From Eledone cirrhosa (Eukaryota): a stretch of DNA of 64,000 nucleotides. The notes beneath the pieces were generated by a model. The model worked only from the letters and a program-made list of their open reading frames with translations. It made no database searches and was not told the origin of the DNA. Position numbers and translations under genes: made by a program. The stretch is taken from positions 313,906,001 to 313,970,000 of the forward strand of contig OZ024743.1 in NCBI GenBank assembly GCA_964016885.1. Reading direction: 5' to 3'. How positions within the stretch are numbered: the stretch's first letter is position 1; every line of letters begins with the position of its first letter. Shown piece by piece: positions 54,497-64,000 of this stretch.

Positions 54497-55160
54497 GTGT
54501 GTATGTATATGTATGTATATATATATATACTTATATATATATATATACATATATATGTGTGTATGTATGTGTGTGTATGTGTATGTATATATGTATATAT
54601 ATATATATATATAAATATATTTATATGTGTGTGTATATGTGTGTATATGTGTATGTGTATGTGTGTTTATGGGTGCGCGCGAGTGTGTGAGTGAGTGTGT
54701 TTTGTGAATGTGTCTGTTGATTTTTGGCATATAGTTGAATAGTTTAAGGGAAATTTGAAGATAATTGTAAGATATGCACTCAAATTTTTTTAAATTGTCT
54801 ACAGAATTCTCTAAACCTTTGTCACTTAGTAGAACCTTAATGAATTTAGCTTTTAAAGAATCTCCCTCCACTTTAAATCTATCTACCATGACTGACCCCC
54901 CACTGATCTTATAGACACCTGTTAGCTTAAGAGAAACTTAATAATAAGGAGTTGCATGCCATCCTGAACCTGTTTATAGAATTCTGTCTGCCTTTGTTAC
55001 TCTAAAAACAAAAATAAATAAAAATAAACTATAGCTTTGTAGAATTAGCTTTTAATGAATTCCCTTTTCTATCAACCAATGACCTACACCCATCCCACTC
55101 CCCACCCTCTCCTACCACTTGTAGAGACCTATAAATACCATACTTATTTTTTGATACCCA

Positions 55161-55209
55161 GATTCCTGATGATTTCTAAAGAATGAAACAGTTCTAGTCC
55201 TGTAGAATC
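55161..55209 (+). ncRNA. Type I hammerhead with a stable stem III
   Basis: gattc-CTGATGA-tttc-taaa-gaat-GAAA-cag-ttctagtc-ctg-TA-gaatc. Confidence 0.9.
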
Positions 55210-55349
55210 TCATCTATATTAAAACTTTTATACTCTCTATGTATTGAGTACCTTACTTACTGTGGTTACCTCCGATTCAACCCGGAATAACGTACTATAT
55301 ATATATATATATAATCGAAAAATTTGAACAGGGACAAAACAGAGAGGCA

Positions 55350-55387
<38 letters not shown>

Positions 55388-55587
55388 GGAGAGGAAATCC
55401 TGAGTTCTTTAAAATAGAATATGTTGAAAAGGTAACACACTAGAGAGAGATACAGTGCGCCATCAATAAAACACGCTGTGACTTCTCTCCCACGTGTAGC
55501 TGGATGGTCGCTTTAAAAATTCTCTTAGTGTTGTCTGAAATGTATAGCCTTACACACGCTGATGAATCGGGGTTATTTCATTTCTGT

Positions 55588-55756
55588 GAAATGGGATAGT
55601 CAATAGAAAACCAATCTGCCTAAAAAACACAACATATGAATCAATCAATTGGGTGTGATTGTTAAGTTTAATTAATATCCTACTACTTTGTAATTTTGAT
55701 TGATTCATATGTTATATTTTTTAGACAGATTGGTTTTCTAATGACTATCCCATTTC
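55588..55756. repeat. Foldback of about 170 bp (arms about 60 bp)
   Basis: gaaatgggatagtca.tagaaaaccaatctg.ctaaaaaa..aacatatgaatcaatcaa followed by its reverse complement. Confidence 0.9.
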
Positions 55757-56851
55757 TGTTTGACCCGTAGAAATTTGGGAAATATGTAACCATTTGGTCT
55801 AGCCTGTGTTGCTAATATGCATGAGTAATAACTTTGCCGGTTGTATTACAGCAACTAATATAATAAGATTGCTTCAGCTCTATCTTACAATAATCTGCTT
55901 GTGCATAGCTTGTTTTTATGCCGTGACTGTCTATTTACTTGTTTTACTCAGCCCTACCATATAATAACCATATTTTACTTGTGTAAGGCTTGTGCTTTTG
56001 TGATACCTTCCTATATGCTTGTGAACACCCATTGGCTACCTAGTTCGGGTACCTACCAATATACCTTGTGTATGTATATCATGTTGGTGATTCGGATTAC
56101 TGTGGTCTTTCGGGATGTACCAAAAAGACCTCTTAACGCTTATATATAACTTACCGAGATCCTACTCACTCGTGTTACTAGGGACCAGCGCTTGTACTCT
56201 TTTGGCTTCTCTATGTGCTTATAACTTGTAACTTTTTCTTCTTTCTGCATTTATTTCTTATTTAAAATAATTTCTCTTAGGAACATTTTTTAATTTTTTA
56301 TTTCTTATTTTTTATTTTTTAATTAAAAATCTTTAAAAAATGTATTTACTTTTTTAATTTCTTAATTTTTTTATTTTTTTATTTTTTAAATCTTTTTAAT
56401 TTTTTTTAATTTTTAATTTTATTATATTATTATATATTATATTATTTTATTATCTTATTATCTTTTATTATTTTATTATTTTTATTTTATTATTTTTCAT
56501 TATATTTTATTAATTTTTTTTTTATTGTTTTACTTTATTTTATTTTATTATCTTTATTATTTTTATATGTTTTATTACTTTATTATAATTTATATTATGT
56601 TTTAACCATTGTCTGTATTTTTTATGTATTTTTTTATGCTTTTGCATTTTTTGCTTTTGCATTCTTTGTTTTTGTGTGACATCTATTATATTTGCATCTT
56701 GTTGAATCCGGTTATGCCCTGGCATTTAGGAGCGATACTTAGCAACCCCAGCATGCACCTCTTTGTTCGCCATCTCCAATCTGCATATCTTTATTCTGAT
56801 TGTTCGTGTGACTAGGTTTTTGTGGGGCTTATACTCAATACTGTATTTATT

Positions 56852-56926
56852 AGGCTCTGAGGATCCTGCCAAAAGGTAAGGATGAAACATTGCAAGTAAA
56901 TAAAGAATGTTTGAGTATGTAAGCCT
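56852..56926 (+). ncRNA. Type I hammerhead with a large loop III at the end of a pLTR-like tail
   Basis: aggct-CTGAGGA-tcct..agga-t-GAAA-cat-[26 nt]-atg-TA-agcct, 17 nt before (TA)n. Confidence 0.7.
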
Positions 56927-56940
56927 TCTTCGGTTTCTTT

Positions 56941-57033
<93 letters not shown>

Positions 57034-57188
57034 GCACACATATACATATATCCATATATATGTATACAGTATATATATATTTATATATATATATATATAC
57101 ACATATATATATATATGTATATATACATATATACATATATATATATATTCATATATGTACATATATATACGTATATATGTATATATAC

Positions 57189-57269
<81 letters not shown>

Positions 57270-57272
<3 letters not shown>

Positions 57273-60200
57273 TATATATAAAATGAAGTTGGGCCGTTGT
57301 TTGTTTGGTGTCCCGAACTTGCAGGCTACACCGCTCATCTGATTTTCATGACACTTGATACATATATAGAACTCGACGCGTAGATTGAAATAGGCGACAT
57401 GAAATTTTCGAAACATCAAAAATCGTCTGATTTCGATGAAACTCAACGCAAGTGTGCATTTTGATCCGGGGATGAACTTGGGCTACATTAAATTTTCGAC
57501 AAATCGATAATTGTATCACCAGAGGCAAAAATCGATATTTACGAAATTTGTCCGATTCCAATGAAATTTGACGTAGGCATGTATTTTGATGCGGGGATCA
57601 ACGTGGGGGCACTTGAAATTGGACCCCCAGAGGCAAATATCCGGCAACCGAAAAAACGCCATTCTTCATGCTTCCATTTTTCGCGACTCCCGCCATGCAA
57701 AAAACGTTCAAATCTATCAGGATTATCCACCCTAAGTCTCTTTAAATTAACGCTCATCATATTCAGCAAACCTTTTATGCTGATTCTTCCATTTCTTATA
57801 TAAGGAGTCTCAAGACTATATCGCCGCGCATCATCCTGTTTTGCGCCCAGTCTTCTCAAGAAATCATGGAGCCTCCATGCGCTCTCCTCATTCCTGTCGT
57901 CCCACTACCGTAACATAATGAGACATCCATTAACCCCTGCCCTCTCCCTTCCCTGCACGCCGTCAACCCACTGCATCGTTGTGCATAACCATGCGCATCT
58001 CTTCCCTGTCAGCCGCAATTCATTCCCTGGCCCTTTCCATTGCCTGCCCTCCGTGGGCCCGAAGGACAGTCACGGCTCAACATGTCGAATCTCTGCCACC
58101 TTCCACCCCTGCCCATTTCCATTGCCTACACTACGGGAGAGCTCATGACTTCCATGCTTGACCAAGCCGCATCCCTACCGCCATCAAGTCCTGCCCTCTC
58201 CCTTACACGTACACCTTGGTCCTTAACGAGTGCCATGGCTCACCATGCGAAATCCCTGCAACCGTCAATCCCGGCCATCTCCCTTCCCTGCACGCCGTCG
58301 ACCCACTGCATCGTTATTCTTCACCATGCCACATCCCTGATCTGTCAGCCGCCATCCCCTCCTCAGCCCTTTATTTTGCTTGCCAGCCGTGCTCCTTAAA
58401 CACTGCCATGCCTAACCAAGCCGCATCCCTGCCACCGTCAACCCTGCCCTCTCCCTTGCCCGCACGCCTTGGTCCCCCACGACTGCCATGGCTCACCAAG
58501 CGGCATTCCTGCCCTGTCAGCAACATGCCGAAATGTCATCCGCATGGTTTATTCCTGCACCGTACATAACCGCCCATTATCTCAGATCAAAGACAACACC
58601 GAACATGAAGACGATCCTGTGTACGTCTTTTTACATTCATTTTGACCATATTTAACAAAATTAAACAAACATTCATCCCTTTCTCCTCCAAAGCCTACCG
58701 ATCATGTATGGCCGATAAACATCCTGCCTTGCACCCGGTTTTCTCAAACAATCATCGTGCTTCCCAGTGATCTCTACATTCCCGAGGTGCAACTCAATTG
58801 GCATGCCGCATCCACGCCCTGTCAGCCGCCATGCACCCTGCCCTTTCGTCATGCCTCATCATATGTTGTATCCCTGCCCTGTCAGCCGCCATCCACTCAC
58901 TCCCCGATCCTTTCCACTGCCTAGGCATGGCAGTCTTGAGGGACCAAGTCGCATCCCTGCCACCGTCGACTCTGCCCTCTCTGTTCCCAGCACGCCGTCG
59001 TCCCACTGCATCGTCATGCATCATCATGCCACATCAATGCTCTGTCAGCGGCCATCCCCTCCTCGGCCCTTTCTTTTTCCTGCTCGCAGTGCTCCTTCAA
59101 GACTGCCATGGCTCACCATGCGGCATCCTTGCCACCGTCCACCTCTTCCTTGCCTGCTGGCCGTCGTCCCACTGCATCGTCATGACTCAGGATGCCGCAT
59201 CCATGCACTGTCAGCCACCATCCCCTCCTCAGCCCTTTCTTTTGCCTGACCGCCGTGCTCCTTCAAGACTCCCATGGCTATCTATGCCGCATCAATTCCT
59301 TGCCACCCGCTTAAACGTCATCAGCATGGCTTATTGTTGCCTCATTTGACCTCCGATTTTCGCAGGCTAAACACAATACCAACGTGCACGATAGTCCATG
59401 GTAAATCTTTTTAATTACATGTTCATCATGCTAAGCAAATGATGAATAGCAACTCTTTCATTTCTCCTGACATGCCTTTCTGTTAATTATGGCCGAGAAG
59501 CATCCTGTGTAGTATCGCGTCTTCTCAAGCGATCAGCGTGCCTTCCACTGTCGTCAAAATTGACTCAGAACGCCGCATCTATTCCCTGCGACACCCCTAA
59601 ACATCATAAGCATGGCTTATTTTTCTGCCGCGTTTAACCGGCCCTCATTCTAGGCCATAAACAACAAAACCGCACGATGATGCTGCGTAAGTCTATTTAA
59701 ATTAATGGTCAACATGTTCAGCAAAACAATTGTGCCAATTCTTCCGCTTCACCTCCAAGGCCTATTCATTACGTCTTAGAGGTCGGGATTCGCAATTTCT
59801 AAGATTTTAATATTGACACAACAGTCTGTCAGGTTTTTCGGGACATGTTGCTCCGATAGGAATATCAACGTGATTTTCACTTAATTCGTAAGTGTTCAGT
59901 CTTCCGTATGCTTTTATTTTTTATTGATACAACACCGACTACAATCATCTAACTTCACTTTGTAGGCTAGACGCGAATCACAAGGAAAACAATCCTCTGA
60001 TATACAACCCCACCAAATTCTTTGGTCTACCTAGATTTCAATGGCTATATCCATTGCTTTTGTACGGTTGTACATTTGACAATGTTGCAAAACATTATTC
60101 CACTTATTCAGCTATGAATTGGGCAGTGCCTTAAAATCCCGGTTTATTTGGTATCTTATGAATGGAGAATCGAAAACCCTTTTTCTCATAAACTGATACA

Positions 60201-61089
60201 TGCGTTATACATGCTCCATGGATGTTTGTGGACTATTTTTCAAAATATCAATTCACAGATTGGAGCACACAAAAAAACGTTTGTTCTTCATTTATTTCGG
60301 TTAAAGCATCCTGCTGGAATTTAGCGCAGACCTGTTTAACTCCAGCGCCTTATAACCCCGAGTGTAACCGGGTACACCAGTTAGAAAGACAAATGGAAAC
60401 ATTATTTCCTTGGTCCGATTTGACGAAAGTCGATTTTGTTCCACAACAAATTAACAAACCATACTTGAAGACACGTTGAGGCGTTGCATAGGACAATAAC
60501 CCTAGACACAATTTTGATCAACTTTTTTTCATCTATAGCAAATTTAACGGGACAGGTTTCTAGCTACTCAAATCTACTTCAGAGGTCACGTATTCATATA
60601 AAAAGATCAATGAAACTGAAGCGGGGGTTCGACTTTGCGTAAAAAAACAAGTCAAAGTTGCACATGGGAAAACTTTTTACAGGAACGTCCGATTTTCTTG
60701 AAAACTGTCGTAAAAGACTCGCCATTATGCCGCGGTTCTGATAAGTTCCTTTTATTTCTTCTTCTGCATATGTGAGCGCAAAAATTGTAAAAAAAAAAAA
60801 AAAAAATTTTAAATCGACTTTTTAAAAATCAACTGAAAATTCAATTTCAAGTGAATTTGACTTCCGTCATTCGTGCAAAGAATAATTTCAACGATACACT
60901 GTGAACCTACAATTGATCCATTATTTATGCTCAATTACACACCCGCGTCAACTAACTAACTTCTGTTTTTTTCCTTGAGGTTCGAAGGTTTTTGCACCTG
61001 TGATGCGCGGGAAGTAAATTTCACACATTTTAACAGCAGAGCAAAGGTCGACTTACTTACATCCGGGCAACGCCGGCTACTTCTGCTAG
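57270..61089 (+). mobile_element. Non-autonomous Helitron
   Basis: 5' TC (tcttatatataaaa) directly after A. 3' GC hairpin ccgggcaacgccgg (61063-61076), then CTAG (61086-61089) followed by T. No target duplication, no Rep/helicase ORF. Confidence 0.8.
57920..59340 (+). repeat. Diverged GC-rich subrepeats (roughly 75-80 bp) inside the Helitron
   Basis: Recurrent catccctgccaccgtc / ccctgccctctccctt / cccactgcatcgt / gactgccatggctcacc modules. Unit length estimated by eye. Confidence 0.75.
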
Positions 61090-61127
61090 TATATATATAT
61101 ATATATATGTACATGTACACACACATA

Positions 61128-61182
<55 letters not shown>

Positions 61183-61220
61183 AGAATATTTTCGAAACAG
61201 CGAGTGGGTTTGAAATTATT

Positions 61221-61573
61221 ATAAATGTAAGCTATCGCCGTATTTTGACTAAATAAATTAAAGAAATTATTTAGCCTGATAGTGGGGTTAAAAACCCTCG
61301 GAGAAATGGAAAAAAATGAGTATTGACGTACATGGGACTCGAACCCACATCTTTCGTTATCCGGACCACTGTGATACTATTTACACCAACACATCATGCG
61401 ATGTGTTTGTGTAAATGGTTCACAGTGGTCCGGATAACGAAAAATGTGGGTTCGAGTCCCATGTACGTCAATACTCATCTTTTTCCATTTCTCCGATGGT
61501 TCTTAACCCCACTATCAGGCTAAATAATTTCTTTAATTTATTTAGTCAAAATACGGCGATAGCTTACATTTAT
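61221..61573. mobile_element. Foldback of about 350 bp with a tRNA-like B box in each arm
   Basis: Near-perfect palindrome centred near 61397. ggttcgagtcc at 61449-61459 and its reverse complement at about 61336-61346. (TA)n on the right. Confidence 0.8.
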
Positions 61574-61593
61574 ATATATATATATATATATAT

Positions 61594-62838
61594 GAAACAG
61601 TTTGTCCTCATCAGTGGCCTTCCAACCGTCGTTGGCATTTCGTCGCATTAAAGGCCATATACCTCAGGTTGGTGCGAGCAACGGCTAAAAAGAGTCGTTG
61701 GGACACGTAAATAAGGGGGACGCTAGGGTAAACAAACAAAATGGTTTAAGCAACAGAAAGTGATGAAGAAGAAACAAGTCCCAGATTTCTATGAATATAA
61801 ATTCGGTGGAATCGTGAACGAGAGAATAAGGACCATCAAACCTGGTTGAAATGTGAGCAAGGAAGGAATTTCGCACAGGTCTAACGGGAGGAAGAAGGGG
61901 TCTGGTCTGCGAATTCGGTAAACATAAGTTCTGTGAAGTCGCAGACGAGAGAGAGAGAAAAAAATTCATACCGGCTTGTCCAAGTGCCCGCGAGAAAAGG
62001 ATTACGGACAGGTCAAACGGGAAGAAAGGGGAGGAGGAGAGGTAGTGACAGAGAGGGAGTGAGTGAAAGGTGACTTTTTTTAGCCGTTGCTCGCACCAAC
62101 CTGAGGTATACGGCCTTTAATGCGACGAAATGCCTTCGAGGGTTGGAAGGCCACTGATGAGGACAAACTTTTTCATATGTAACCCATTTGCAGCGCCGCA
62201 GCTCCATTATTATCATATTTACACATATATTTTTTTCTCCGCTGCCACCAGTCTGTTTCGTTCTTTGTGTCTTTACCCTTTCTAGCAGTCTCTCTCTCTC
62301 TTTTAGCCTCTTCCTCACCTTTCACTCACTCACTCTCTGTCACTACCTCTCCTCCTGCCCTTTCTTCCCGTTTGATCTGTCCGTAATCTTTTTCTCGCGG
62401 GCACTTGGCCAAGCCGGTATGAATTTTTTTCTCTCTCTCTCGTCTGCGACTTCACAGAACTTATGTTTACCGAATTCGCAGACCAGACCCCTTCTTCCTC
62501 CCGTTAGACCTGTGCGAAATTCCTTCCTTGCTCACATTTCAACCAGGTTTGATGGTCTTTATTCTCTCGTTCACGATTCCACCGAATTTATATTCATAGA
62601 AATCTGGGACTTGTTTCTTCTTCATCACTTTCTGTTGCTTAAACCATTTTGTTTGTTTACCATAGCGTCCCCCTTATTTACGTGTCCCAACGACTCTTTT
62701 TAGCCGTTGCTCGCACCAACCTGAGGTATATGGCCTTTAATGCGACGAAATGCCTACGACGGTTGGAAGGAGGCCACTGATGAGGACAAACATTTTCATA
62801 TGTAACCCACCTGCAGCGCCGCAGCTCCATTATTATCA
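61594..62838. mobile_element. Inverted plus tandem element with a 620-bp period and a hammerhead-like CTGATGA box
   Basis: tagccgttgctcgcacc at 62081 and 62701. 61594-62073 is the reverse complement of about 62317-62799. (TA)n flanks. Confidence 0.85.
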
Positions 62839-63924
62839 TATATATATATTTATATATATATTGGAAAATGTGTGAGATCCTTGGTAGAATTGGGTATATT
62901 TGAAAGAAAAAAAATGAGTTCACTTGTAGTTGGTATTCTATAGCATTTTATTTTTACAATTCTGTGGAAAACATTGGTAACAGTATTTTTAAAAATCCTG
63001 GTTAACTTTCTGGAGAACTTTCTCGTATTGGTCGGTGGCGATTGTCAAACTGATCTACAGTTAAAATGTGTTGGTGTATATATAAGCAATATATAGGGCA
63101 GTTCCGGTAGCAAAGCATTTACAATTCAACATTTAGGAAAACAAACCAAAGCTGTTATTATTATTAGTCATTTATTTATACATCGTTACTGACGTGTCGA
63201 CGCGGCTAGAATATCACATCTATTTGTGGAGAAAGCTGGATCTTACCGGTTAATTATTTTCTCCATTATACGTGCTTAATTCAGAACATATCTCTTTAGG
63301 AAATATTTATGAAATATAACAATACATTTATATCATAAGGAAAGATATCAAGAATAACAGAGGAACCAAAGCATGGTGCATTCAAGCATCGAATTTAAAT
63401 TTTCAAATGTAAAACATAAGCTTGTTTACGTCTTCAGATATGCAAAATGAAATGCTCATCTGTGTTTTTTTCAGAAAGTATGTTACAATATGCTAAAACT
63501 ATATATTTGTTACAGCAGGGGTTGGTAACATTTCTTTTTCTAGATATATGGCAGTATTTTAGTTATATATATATATATAAAAAAAAAATAAATATATAGA
63601 CAGACTGAACAAAAAAAAAAAAAAAAATGGCGTAGACATACAACACAACAGGGGGAACAATGAATATAACACCACTGACGATGTTGCAGATGTGCAACGA
63701 AAGATTTATGTAGATTATGTAAACTATATATATATGTGTTTGTCTATATTGTATCTGTATTATTTTTGACCGCCGGTCAGTCAATGGCAACATTGAGGAC
63801 CGAGTAAGTTAGATCGCAGATATATATATATAAAAGACAGCGAGAAGCGAAAACCAACCAAACAGTGAGTGTGTTCTGTTATTAATTCTGGCAATATTAC
63901 GCAAATATGACCCTCCCCAAATAT

Positions 63925-63997
<73 letters not shown>

Positions 63998-64000
63998 TAA

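Larger units (their letters stand above)
54245..55275 (+). mobile_element. pLTR-like element with an inverted 5' copy (arms about 54245-54436 and 55036-55226)
   Basis: The arms are near-perfect reverse complements and each holds an HHR. The tail matches 11188-11310. (TA)n flanks. Confidence 0.85.

Noticed and set aside
57918-59349. Overlapping Pro/Ser/His/Cys-rich ORFs up to 183 aa
   Set aside because: They arise from stop-poor GC-rich subrepeats inside the Helitron and are open in several frames with no domain signature.
61420-61470. Functional tRNA gene
   Set aside because: Only a T-arm/B-box-like half is recognisable, with no complete cloverleaf. Treated as tRNA-derived.
62111-62153. Twister ribozyme suggested by UAAUGCGAC inside a closing stem
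   Set aside because: The conserved P4 loop and 3' pseudoknot partner sequences of twister are not visible.
61685-62703. 94-aa and 171-aa ORFs in the 620-bp repeat
   Set aside because: Low-complexity F/L/S-rich sequence mirrored by the inversion, with no domain evidence.

Overview
AT-rich, microsatellite-dense animal DNA with no securely identifiable host gene. The tRNA-derived SINE families and repeat landscape look like a coleoid cephalopod, probably an octopus (inference). Almost everything recognisable is mobile DNA: four Penelope-like elements or fragments (RT plus C-terminal GIY-YIG, one near full length with pLTRs), R4/Dong-like and RTE LINE remnants, a gag-knuckle LINE ORF1, SINEs and a non-autonomous Helitron. 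The main observation is a dense set of hammerhead ribozyme (HHR) motifs, roughly 25 by eye, belonging to several distinct non-coding families. The centrepiece is a very young 5.1 kb head-to-head array of a 466-bp unit (14309-19394) with 10 intact type I hammerheads, which looks like a retrozyme. An unrelated HHR element at 30.4-31.2 kb shares an upstream octamer-containing, snRNA-promoter-like block with it. A third family carries a compensatory U3-A8 catalytic core. Most of these inserts share one architecture, (TA)n - inverted partial copy - direct copies - (TA)n, which suggests mobilisation by Penelope RT into TA microsatellites. All folds and alignments were done by eye; ribozyme activity, transcription and novelty are untested.
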